Assembly (NCBI GenBank): GCA_048885925.1
Contig: JBHLLG010000039.1
Span: 1-24,121 of the forward strand
Reading direction: 5' to 3'
Length of the DNA stretch: 24,121 nt
DNA from: Candidatus Hermodarchaeota archaeon
Lineage (GTDB): Archaea > Asgardarchaeota > Lokiarchaeia > Sigyniarchaeales > SOKP01
In this document: positions 9,258-17,823 of the stretch, one piece after another
Position numbering within the stretch: position 1 is the first letter of the stretch
Layout: every line of letters begins with the position of its first letter
The notes under the pieces: model-generated
What the model saw: only the letters and a program-made list of their open reading frames with translations
The model's database searches: none
Told to the model about the DNA's origin: nothing
Program-made: the position numbers and the translations under genes

Positions 9258-10550
9258 ATGACAAAGAAGAATGAGATCAAGGTAGAACCATTAGCCAGAG
9301 TCGAAGGACATGGTGGTATTAAAGTAGAGATTGAAGACAACAAAATCAAGAGTGTTGAAGTCCAAATTCTGGAGGGGCCAAGACTCTTCGAAGCTCTTGT
9401 TGTAGGTAGGACTCCTCAGGAAGATCTTAGCATAGTACCTCGAATCTGTGCTATATGTAATCTCTCTCACAAGTATGCTGCTCTTCAAGGCTTAGAGAAA
9501 GCTTTAGGCGTGGAGATTGATTCAGCTACGAAGTTATATCGTCAACTTATGCATCTTGGCGAAGTAATTGAAAGCCATAGCTTACATATCTACTTTCTTG
9601 CACTACCAGATTTCCTAGGGTATGATAATGCTTTTTTAATGATTGATAAATATCGTGACATTGTTACAAATGCTTTAAAGCTCAAGAAATTCGGTAACAA
9701 GATTATGCAGATGATTGGTGGACGCATGATGCATGGTGAGAATCCAATCATTGGTGGATTCGGGAAACTTCCAACGAAGGATGAACTTACCAAGATAAAA
9801 GAAGAAGCCTTGGAATTGCTTCCATTTGCCCTTGAAACGATCGACCTCTTTGCTGGAATTGAAATTGCCGATCATATGGAGAGAGAAACGCAATTCCTCT
9901 GCTGTAAACCTCCTCATGAAGACTATGATTTTTACGGTGATAAGTTCATAACCTCTGATGGAGAAGAACACTTAGTTGATAATTATAACTCAATAATCAA
10001 GGAGCGAGTTGTTAGTCATAGCTTTGCTAAACGAGGACGATACAAAGGCAGACCATTTACCGTAGGAGCGCTAGCAAGGATTCTACTTCTAGGTAATAGA
10101 CTCAAAGGTATAGCAAGGGAAGCTCACGATAAATTAATTAATGAAAGATGGTATCGCAATCCGTTATTTAACAATCACGCTCAGGCAATTGAACAAGTAT
10201 ATTCATTGGAACGTATACCAGAAATTGTAAATGAAATCCTCCTCTGTACTGAATCGAAAGTCTTCAAGCCTACGAATAAAACAGGGACTGGAACAGGTGC
10301 AGTTGAAGCACCTCGTGGAACCTTGATTCATCATTATGAGGTCCAGGATGGGTTAATTTCCGCAGCTGACATCATAACACCAACAGTTATGTTCCTTGAT
10401 GATATTGAGGAATTCATTCGAACAAGTGCTACTAAACTTCTAACAATAAATCAGATAGATAAAATTGAATTGGAATTTGAGAAGATAGCTCGAGCTTATG
10501 ATCCATGTATTAGCTGCAGTGCCCATATTGTGGAAGTCATATACAAGTAA
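9258..10550 (+). CDS. hydA: Sulfhydrogenase alpha subunit ([NiFe] hydrogenase large subunit, group 3b)
   Basis: ARVEGHG, L1 motif PRICAIC, EAPRGTLIH, L2 motif YDPCISCSAH plus a 7-aa cleavable tail. ATG 9258 follows a GGAGG SD and the hydD stop. Confidence 0.95.
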   Translation: MTKKNEIKVEPLARVEGHGGIKVEIEDNKIKSVEVQILEGPRLFEALVVGRTPQEDLSIVPRICAICNLSHKYAALQGLEKALGVEIDSATKLYRQLMHLGEVIESHSLHIYFLALPDFLGYDNAFLMIDKYRDIVTNALKLKKFGNKIMQMIGGRMMHGENPIIGGFGKLPTKDELTKIKEEALELLPFALETIDLFAGIEIADHMERETQFLCCKPPHEDYDFYGDKFITSDGEEHLVDNYNSIIKERVVSHSFAKRGRYKGRPFTVGALARILLLGNRLKGIAREAHDKLINERWYRNPLFNNHAQAIEQVYSLERIPEIVNEILLCTESKVFKPTNKTGTGTGAVEAPRGTLIHHYEVQDGLISAADIITPTVMFLDDIEEFIRTSATKLLTINQIDKIELEFEKIARAYDPCISCSAHIVEVIYK

Positions 10551-10729
10551 ATCATGATCTAGGTTTATGACGTTCGCCTCTAGCACATTAAAGATACGAT
10601 TTATACAACGAAATATATATTAACATCACAAAAGTTAGAAAAATAGTCTTAAAATACATTAGATTCCAATACTCTTTTTAGTATGAAAAAATTAAAAAAT
10701 ATAGTTATAATTATTATCGATTGGGAATA

Positions 10730-11032
10730 ATGAGTATACCTGAGAAATATATGGACGAAACCGTACGCGCTATAGGATATATAACGAAATCTAAATATCA
10801 ATCAATTATAAGTGTAAAAAAGATAAGAAAATTATATAAAATTGATTATTCTAATTACTCTAAAATTAATTTCTATTGGAGAGCTTTGCAAACTCTTGAA
10901 AAAAATAGAATTATCCAGAGGTATGGATCAAATTCCCCAAAAAAATATCGCGTTCTTAATTTTCTTAAATTTTTTAATCTACTTTATGATGCCTATATTA
11001 ATCAGGCAAGGAAAGCCAAAAATATTAGTTAG
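10730..11032 (+). CDS. Small basic hypothetical protein, possibly winged-helix
   Basis: Lys/Arg/Tyr-rich ORF. WRALQTLEKNRIIQR...PKKYRV resembles a wHTH recognition helix plus wing. ATG at 10730. Confidence 0.6.
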   Translation: MSIPEKYMDETVRAIGYITKSKYQSIISVKKIRKLYKIDYSNYSKINFYWRALQTLEKNRIIQRYGSNSPKKYRVLNFLKFFNLLYDAYINQARKAKNIS

Positions 11033-11051
11033 TTTAAATAACTTTAAAACT

Positions 11052-11606
11052 TCACCCTATTTCTTCAAGTGCTATTAGGTTTGTTTTGTCGATTAGACTA
11101 TAGTCCATCATTAATCTTGTCAATCTTTCAAATAATATCTCGATATTTTCGCCACTTTTACTGGAACATTCAATATATCCATTAAAGCCTAATGATTCAG
11201 CAACTCTCACTCCAACTTTACGAGGAACTTCTCTATGAGCATTTAAATCTAACTTAGCACCTAATAAAATAATTGGAAATTTTTGATTAGTCTCTTTTAT
11301 TAGAGATAGCCAATAACCAATATGAGAAAAACTGGAGTATTGAGTGATATCATACATCAAAATGCCTCCCGAAGTACCATTTAAATATTCAGGAAACATA
11401 TAACGAAATCTTTGGTGTCCGCCGAAATCCCAAATCATTAGCTTTAATTCTAACCCATCAAGTTTACAATTCTTAGTTTGAAAGTCAACCCCGATTGTCC
11501 TTATACAATTTGAAACAAATTTATTATTAATATATCTCATTAAAAGTGTTGTTTTACCGGTCCCCACATCCCCCAAAACAACTGTTTTTAAGATTGCGTT
11601 ATACAT
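11052..11606 (-). CDS. Rab-like small GTPase (Asgard Ras superfamily), paralog 1
   Basis: G1 GDVGTGKT, G2/RabF1 TIGVDF, G3 IWDFGGHQRF, G4 GAKLD, G5 CSSK. ATG 11606 aligns with the start of paralog 2. Confidence 0.92.
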   Translation of the reverse strand: MYNAILKTVVLGDVGTGKTTLLMRYINNKFVSNCIRTIGVDFQTKNCKLDGLELKLMIWDFGGHQRFRYMFPEYLNGTSGGILMYDITQYSSFSHIGYWLSLIKETNQKFPIILLGAKLDLNAHREVPRKVGVRVAESLGFNGYIECSSKSGENIEILFERLTRLMMDYSLIDKTNLIALEEIG

Positions 11607-11702
11607 TTTAATCCTACCTAACCCTTTCAAGGCTCTTTGTAATGTACTTGCTTAAAACGCAATATTGCCTAATATGCCTTTTTTGTAAAAAATATATACA
11701 AA

Positions 11703-11844
11703 GATACCCATAAAAAATCCGATATTTAAATATTTCGTACAATATTAATTGCACTATGACTTTTTTTCTTGGAAATTGATAGAAAACTATGAAAATATCA
11801 ATATTTTCGACTTTTTTCTTTTTTGTCCTATGAATTAAAGGAAA
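11703..11844 (-). promoter_or_regulatory. Putative promoter (BRE/TATA) plus conserved upstream element of Rab-like GTPase 1
   Basis: The minus strand reads CGAAATA-TTTAAATA (TATA at 11723-11730). The 41-bp block 11804-11844 matches 18606-18646 at 35/41 without gaps. Confidence 0.6.
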
Positions 11845-11958
11845 AAATCTTTGATTGAAAAGAACGAGATTTACACTCTTAAGATTAAAAATTTATAAGT
11901 AAAAGAATTATTATTTAGATGTTCTCCTATTCCATTTATTCAATTATAACCTAAAAAG

Positions 11959-12732
11959 ATGGAAATTTTTAAAATGACTGTAAAGATTCTAAAAGATTAT
12001 TATCTTAAACGTAAATCAAAATTGATGAAAAATTTTTCTAAATATATTAGAATTGCTACGGAATTGCTTAAAAGAAAGTTTAATGAGGCTAAAATCAATG
12101 AAATATATAATCAGATGGAATTCGAATTTGAACAATTAATTCCTGAAATACCCTACATCGGTGGAACTAAAAATCCTTTAACTGCTATCCTTCTTGGTGG
12201 TGTATACTCTATTGCCATGTTTCGAGTCTTAGAAAAGGAAGGGCTTAAACTTCGAGATATTGGAGAATTTCATTATGAGTTTAATGATATATATAATACA
12301 ATTAGAAAAAAGAAATTAAAAAAAATTGGAAAGCATCCCACCCAATATCCATTTGAATCAACCTATGTTGAATTATCAAAAAAACTTTGTGAAACATCCA
12401 AATTAAGAAATTACCCAGATGATTGGGTTGGTGATTATGTTGAAGGTGATGGGAAAAACTTTGAGTGGGGTTTCAATTTTTATGAATGCGGTGTTCAGAA
12501 ATTGTTTAAGAAATTAGGCGCCGAAAAATATCTCATATTTGCTTGTTTAGCTGACTATTCTGAAGCAAATATTTTTGGATTTGGATTCTCTCGTACCCAA
12601 ACTTTAGGATTCGGTGCTCCGTTCTGCGATCATAGGTATATAAAAGATTATAAAGCTCCCAGAGGTTGGCCACCTGAGAACCTACCAGAATTTGATAAAA
12701 ATAAAATATCAGAAATGTCATGGATAAGCTAA
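11959..12732 (+). CDS. L-2-amino-thiazoline-4-carboxylic acid (ATC) hydrolase-like family protein
   Basis: IPYIGG..NP, F-YECGV..., C-LADY, RTQTLGFGAPFCDHRY motifs typical of this family. Actual activity unknown. Confidence 0.8.
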   Translation: MEIFKMTVKILKDYYLKRKSKLMKNFSKYIRIATELLKRKFNEAKINEIYNQMEFEFEQLIPEIPYIGGTKNPLTAILLGGVYSIAMFRVLEKEGLKLRDIGEFHYEFNDIYNTIRKKKLKKIGKHPTQYPFESTYVELSKKLCETSKLRNYPDDWVGDYVEGDGKNFEWGFNFYECGVQKLFKKLGAEKYLIFACLADYSEANIFGFGFSRTQTLGFGAPFCDHRYIKDYKAPRGWPPENLPEFDKNKISEMSWIS

Positions 12733-12775
12733 AAAAATTTCTTAATATCAATCAATTATTAAAAAAATTTTTATA

Positions 12776-12799
12776 TTAACTCTATCATAATAGAGTTAA
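12776..12799. promoter_or_regulatory. Perfect 10-4-10 inverted repeat (candidate operator or terminator hairpin)
   Basis: TTAACTCTAT-CATA-ATAGAGTTAA, immediately after a TTTTATA TATA-like box and upstream of the DUF3592 gene. Confidence 0.5.
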
Positions 12800-12839
12800 A
12801 AATTAGACTTTAAAGTAAATTAAAATATTTTAAGGGTGA

Positions 12840-13808
12840 ATCAATATCGTAAATTTATTTTCGATTATATTTTTTGCAATTGGAGCTTTAATTTTTATTT
12901 TAATTATAAGATATATAGTCATTACAGCACGATGTTCTAAATGGCCAGTTGTTGTTGGTGAAGTTGTTTCGTCGGAATTAAAACCGAAATTTAAAAAATT
13001 GGTTGAATTTATGGAAGAAACAGCTCATACGCCAGCAGCTGCTTATCAGCCAGATATAACTTATACTTATGAAATTGATGGAGAGAAATACACCAATAAT
13101 AAAGTAAGACCAGTAGGAAGAAATGTTTATAAAGAAAAACCTGTCGTACAAAGGGTAATAAATATGTTTCCAGCAGGCTACAAGGTTTACATTTTCTACA
13201 ACCCTCGAAATCCCGAAAAATCGGTACTGGATCCTTGGATACGTTTTTCTCCAGTAGCTATTACGATACCTACAGCTTTAATTTTCTTTGGTCTGGGATT
13301 TTCATTTAGTGGATTTAATTTTTTAATTCCTTTAGGGATAACTATTATCTCATTAGCATTATACGTTGCTTCTCTACTTATTATAGGACAAAATTTTAGA
13401 TATTTAGTGAAAGCATTAAAAAGTAAAAAATGGCCATATGTGGAAGGGGAAATTAAAAAAGTAATGGTTTATAGAAAGGCTGAAGAACAATCTGTCTCTT
13501 ATAATGTGGATGTAACCTACACTTATGAGGTTGAAGGACAAAAATATACTAATCATCAAATAAAACTCGATTTCGTACATGGAACTCGAACATTCGTTCC
13601 TAAAATTTTTGCAATGATGAAAGTAGAAAAATATCAAGAGGGAAATAAAATTAATGTTTTTTATGATCCTCGAAACCCTAATGAATCAATACTGGAACGG
13701 GGCGTAAGTCATTTTTCGTTTTTCTTGATGTTGATAGTAGGTATTGGATTATTCCTATTTGGGCTATTTGCAATTCAAATTATGATTTATAATATTTTAT
13801 TTCCATAA
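12840..13808 (+). CDS. Membrane protein with two tandem DUF3592 domains (start codon non-canonical or mutated)
   Basis: Two copies of SxxWPxVxGEV/I...Y.YE(I/V).G.KYTN...V(F/Y)Y(N/D)PRNP..S(V/I)L. The frame is open from 12840 and contains the first TM and SKWPVVVGEVVSS upstream of the ORF-track TTG 12999. Confidence 0.8.
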   Translation: MNIVNLFSIIFFAIGALIFILIIRYIVITARCSKWPVVVGEVVSSELKPKFKKLVEFMEETAHTPAAAYQPDITYTYEIDGEKYTNNKVRPVGRNVYKEKPVVQRVINMFPAGYKVYIFYNPRNPEKSVLDPWIRFSPVAITIPTALIFFGLGFSFSGFNFLIPLGITIISLALYVASLLIIGQNFRYLVKALKSKKWPYVEGEIKKVMVYRKAEEQSVSYNVDVTYTYEVEGQKYTNHQIKLDFVHGTRTFVPKIFAMMKVEKYQEGNKINVFYDPRNPNESILERGVSHFSFFLMLIVGIGLFLFGLFAIQIMIYNILFP

Positions 13809-13846
13809 ATTCAAAAAAACGGGAGACTAAACAATAAAATTCAAAT

Positions 13847-14014
13847 TTATCACCAATCACTTTTATATCCAGTACCTCCTAGAGGTCAAGTAAAAATAAT
13901 TGCGTCCTTAGGACAAACGTAACAACAAGAGGCACACTCCATACATTTTTCTATAGTCTTAACCTTAGCTCTTTTTTCCACGATTTCAAAAAATTCCCCC
14001 AAACATACATTTAT
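13847..14014 (-). pseudogene. fixX: FixX-like ferredoxin remnant (C-terminal part, internal stop)
   Basis: INVCLGEFFEIVEKRAKVKTIEKCMECASCCYVCPKDAIIFT*PLGGTGYKSDW**. CxxCxxCxxxCP and the PxGGxG tail. TGA at 13886-13888. N-terminus missing. Confidence 0.75.
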
Positions 14015-14246
14015 AATTTATTATCCCATCCGAGCGGCGTTCAATCGGGGGATTTCCGTCTCTTATAAATTTTGGTCCAAATTAAAATCCAAAAATAGGA
14101 ATTGTTAGCCCAGAAATAACCTTATTTCCTACACTCTCAGATCTTTCTATTATAAGCGTCTTCAATCCCGCTTCTGTACATATTAATGCTGCAACGGACC
14201 CTCCAAATCCTGCACCAACCACGATTACGTCAAATTCTTGATCCAT
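14013..14246 (-). pseudogene. FixC/geranylgeranyl-reductase-family FAD oxidoreductase N-terminal remnant
   Basis: MDQEFDVIVVGAGFGGSVAA...LIIER...GNKVISG Rossmann motif. In-frame TAA at 14082-14084 is followed by more coding-like sequence (FGPKFIRDGNPPIERRSDGIINY), then the gene breaks off. Confidence 0.8.
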
Positions 14247-14378
14247 CTTATAACTTAATTGATATATTATTAATCTCATAATAGAAATCACTAATTTTAA
14301 AGAATCTCTTATTTTAAATGGTAAAAACTTAGTTGTTATTTATAAAAATATTATTTCTCTATCCTTGGTTCGATTAAA

Positions 14379-15500
14379 TTGCATAAAGTTGGAATAGCAA
14401 CGCTCCCTCTTCACAGAGGTAAAGCACCACCTTGGTTATTTAAACGAATGGTAATGTTGGGGAAACCTGTTTTCAAAATTTTACATGATATGGAGGGTCC
14501 TGATGGAATTCTTAAAAGATTATCCGATACTTACTGGTATCAAGCTTTAGGGTGCATTTTAGGATATGATTGGCATTCCAGTGGAGTTACTACAGTACTC
14601 GGCGGTGTATTGAAGGAAGTATTAACTCCTAAAGAGCATTGTATTATAGTTTCTGGAGGTAAGGGTAAAAGTTCTCGAAAAGTGAAGCTAGAATTACAAA
14701 AAAAAGCAAAATTTTTAGGATATAATGAGACTGAAATTGATCATCTTAATGAACTCAGCAGATTGGTAGCAAAAATAGATAACGCTGCTGTACAAGATGG
14801 ATTTTCGTTGTACCACCATAATATGATCATTTCTGAAAGCAATTGGACCATAATTCAACAAGGAATGGATAGTGTATTACACAAAGCAAGAAGATATCAC
14901 TGGTTCTCTGAAGGACTCACAAGTTTTCTTGACAATCCACATACTGACATCAGTTCAGAAATCTTTAAAAAAAATGTATTAGATATGACCTCTAAAGATA
15001 GCTTTAACAGTAGGAAAGTCTCATTAGAATTAATTTCAGAAGGTTCCAATCGAATTAAGAGATATTTAAGTAGTTTAAAAAACTCAAGTCAAACTAAATT
15101 AGATGATTTCATTTGTCCTAATACATTTATTAATTTAACAAAAATCCCACATCTTAATATGCCTGTACCTTTTAAACTTAAATGGGAAAGTGTAGATATG
15201 GCTAAAAGCCTCGCGATAAATGATTATACTGATTTATTAAAAATTCATGGATTAGGGCCTGGAATTATACGAGCATTAGCTTTAATATCAGAATTCATCT
15301 GGGGAGAACCTCCAAGCTGGAAAGATCCTGCTAAATATGCTTTCGCTGTTGGTGGAAAAGATGGTATTCCCTATAAAGTGAACCTCAAAAGGATGGAACA
15401 ATGCGCTGAAGTCCTTGAAAACGCAATCAACCTCGCAAAATTGGATAATAAGACCAGAATGGACGCATTGAAAAGACTACATAAATTTAAGAGAGAATAG
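14379..15500 (+). CDS. DUF763 family protein
   Basis: LPLHRGKAPPWLF, QALGCILGYDWHSSGVTT, AKIDNAAVQDGF.LYHH, IQQGM, ARRYHW, HhH-like GLGP, FAVGGKDG. TTG start. Confidence 0.92.
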   Translation: MHKVGIATLPLHRGKAPPWLFKRMVMLGKPVFKILHDMEGPDGILKRLSDTYWYQALGCILGYDWHSSGVTTVLGGVLKEVLTPKEHCIIVSGGKGKSSRKVKLELQKKAKFLGYNETEIDHLNELSRLVAKIDNAAVQDGFSLYHHNMIISESNWTIIQQGMDSVLHKARRYHWFSEGLTSFLDNPHTDISSEIFKKNVLDMTSKDSFNSRKVSLELISEGSNRIKRYLSSLKNSSQTKLDDFICPNTFINLTKIPHLNMPVPFKLKWESVDMAKSLAINDYTDLLKIHGLGPGIIRALALISEFIWGEPPSWKDPAKYAFAVGGKDGIPYKVNLKRMEQCAEVLENAINLAKLDNKTRMDALKRLHKFKRE

Positions 15501-15551
15501 AAACTAATTTTGGTGATTTACGGCAAATTAAAAGAACAAAGGCTTCTAATT

Positions 15552-16817
15552 CTATTTAAATTTTTGAATATCATTTAGAATATTTTTATGACAGAATTCA
15601 CAAATCATTGGATTTCCCTTCAGAAATTTTTTAATTAGAGCATATGATATCTTAGAATTACAATGAGGACATTTCATATCATTTAATTTTACTTTGATTT
15701 TTTTCGATAACCATTTTGGCATAGACCTAAACTGATTAAACCATTTTGGTAAATTCTTTATAAAACTACGATCCTCTAAAAGCGAATCTAATTCTTCACT
15801 ATTAAGATATTTCAAATAATCTTCATTTATTAAGTGCTTGACTACTGAGGGATATCCGTTTGCGATCCTTAGAGCAATTTCTTCTTTAAATACCTTTTTA
15901 GCCAGAGGATCTCCTACTTCTACCAAGGCTCTCAATAATGGGAATGCTAAATTTCTGTGTAAAAGACGAGAGTCATACTCATTTTCATACCATACTTGGA
16001 GATTTGAACAATGTCCCCAAAATTCAATATCAGGAGATAAGTCATATTTTCTTAATTGACCCCTTTCCATTGAACGATCCAACTTTTCAGCAGCCTCGTC
16101 TATTGATTCAATTTCATTATATTCCGCGATATTAGCAACAGGAATATCCAACAATAGATATTTACATTGCTTAAATAATTTCCCTCCAACGTATATGTTT
16201 GTGGTACCGAATTCTAATCTTAGTTTTAGGTACTGATTGATTATGAATTCATTTCTAGTTTTAATTGGAAATTTTAATAGCCTTGGAGGAGGTGAAATAT
16301 TACTTCTTTCAATTAAATATTCTGCCAACTTGTTAAAGATTGTATCTAGATTTAGATCGGGTTTTAAAGAAATTTCAGACAACAATGACCTATTAAAATT
16401 ATCTGCTGTTAACATCGTTTCAACTCCTAAAATAGCCTCAATTTCTTCTGAATGATGCTTAAAGGCAATAAATATTATAGGTATATCCCCTGAACTTTCT
16501 CTAATGGTTCGAATAATATCATCTAAATCATTTTGAAAATCAACTTTTGACATATCAGATATGATCAAAGCACCCAATGCACCTCTATAATACATTGGAA
16601 GTAAAGATTTAAATCTTCCTCTGCTTACGACTTCCCATAATTGCATATTCACCGTGCTCCCCAAGACTCTTAGAGTTTTAACATGGAAATCTATACCAAT
16701 AGTATATTTATAATTAGTGTTGAAATAACTCTTACTGAATTTGGTTGAAATGTAAGCTTTTCCTGTAGGATCATTGCCGGTAACTAATACTTTAAAGTTA
16801 TAATCATAATCAGACAT
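15552..16817 (-). CDS. Degenerate Rab-like GTPase domain fused to a Lokiarchaeia-expanded domain and a C-terminal zinc ribbon
   Basis: N-terminal FKVLVTG..PTGKA, TIGIDF, LQLWE, RFKSLLPMYYRGALGA. Central EFIINQYLKLRLE...IDEAAEKLD...EFWGHCSNLQVW.EN.YD.RLLHRNLAFPLL...GDP.AKKVFKEEIA. C-terminal CPHC-x19-CEFC. ATG 16817 is preferred. Confidence 0.8.
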   Translation of the reverse strand: MSDYDYNFKVLVTGNDPTGKAYISTKFSKSYFNTNYKYTIGIDFHVKTLRVLGSTVNMQLWEVVSRGRFKSLLPMYYRGALGALIISDMSKVDFQNDLDDIIRTIRESSGDIPIIFIAFKHHSEEIEAILGVETMLTADNFNRSLLSEISLKPDLNLDTIFNKLAEYLIERSNISPPPRLLKFPIKTRNEFIINQYLKLRLEFGTTNIYVGGKLFKQCKYLLLDIPVANIAEYNEIESIDEAAEKLDRSMERGQLRKYDLSPDIEFWGHCSNLQVWYENEYDSRLLHRNLAFPLLRALVEVGDPLAKKVFKEEIALRIANGYPSVVKHLINEDYLKYLNSEELDSLLEDRSFIKNLPKWFNQFRSMPKWLSKKIKVKLNDMKCPHCNSKISYALIKKFLKGNPMICEFCHKNILNDIQKFK

Positions 16818-17077
16818 TTTATCAATAAAATCATTAATTGGGAAAGGTAAACAATAAAATTGGTACATTTTATTTTCTTAAAACATGAACCAACCATCCT
16901 TTATTTGTGCCTTTCAAATAATTATAATCATGGTGCTAATATAAAGTTCACATTTGTGTCACTTTTTTAGAGATATAAAGGATTAAATTATAAATTTTAA
17001 ATGAATTAAAATCATTTAAAAATCTTAAACCTAAAAGATAAAACCAAAGTAATTAAAGTAGCTAATATAATCTTTCT

Positions 17078-17464
17078 CTAATTCTCCTTTCTTAAGATTT
17101 TTCCTATTTTATACAACACATCCTTACAGTCAAAGAAAACTAATCCCATTTTCGCTTTTTTTTTAGTTAAAACCGCCAATACGGCTTCCTCTGCATCCAA
17201 AATTAATATATAGCCTTCAATTCCTTTGATATATATCTGTTTAAATACGCCTATTTCCATATCTACAACAGTTCTTTTGGATATAGAAAGTAATGAAGCA
17301 ACCATCGCAGCAATTTTCTGCTTATTGTATCTTCGGGGTAATATTGAAAGAATTGGAAAACCTTCCACTGAAGTAATTATCGCGAATTTTATATCTCTAT
17401 TAATCTCTAACAAATTTTGCAATACAGCTTCTAGTTTCTCTGTTATACTATTTTCTTTAATCAT
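17078..17464 (-). CDS. Roadblock/LC7 (MglB/LAMTOR2-like) domain protein
   Basis: AIITSVEGFPI.S, KIAAMVASLLSIS, QIYIKGIEGYILI, AVLAVL...AKMGLVF pattern in a 128-aa protein. Confidence 0.9.
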   Translation of the reverse strand: MIKENSITEKLEAVLQNLLEINRDIKFAIITSVEGFPILSILPRRYNKQKIAAMVASLLSISKRTVVDMEIGVFKQIYIKGIEGYILILDAEEAVLAVLTKKKAKMGLVFFDCKDVLYKIGKILRKEN

Positions 17465-17823
17465 AGTTTTAATATTTCTTTTTATTTTTTAGAAATCTAG
17501 AAAGGTATAAATTAACTTATTCTTATCTTAGAAACTTTTATCATGTTTATCTTTTATATCTTTCTTAATCTTATTAATTGCTCACTAATAATATGTCAAA
17601 CTCTTCAAAGAAAAATTGAGTTCTTAAAATGTTTTCACCACACACTTAATCATTGAGTCATCTACTTTCTTAACTTATCACTAAATATTTTTTCAATCTA
17701 TTAATTTAGAATTATTAAATTATTGAGATACATAATATTTAATCTAATAAGGCGCATATTAAAAAAAAGAGAATTGCGAAATTCATATTATCTTATAATA
17801 ATTTTTATTTTCTAATGTCTTGT

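Noticed and set aside
10498-10620. [NiFeSe] hydrogenase or SECIS element after hydA
   Set aside because: The L2 motif is all-Cys (DPCISC, TGT/TGC codons), there is no in-frame TGA, and the downstream ATGA...GA does not form a convincing stem.
13886-13888. In-frame TGA in the ferredoxin remnant as selenocysteine (Lokiarchaeia use Sec)
   Set aside because: It falls at an aromatic position before the PxGG tail, not at a Cys ligand. The gene also lacks its N-terminus and the partner gene has a TAA stop, so it is better explained as a TGG>TGA nonsense change.
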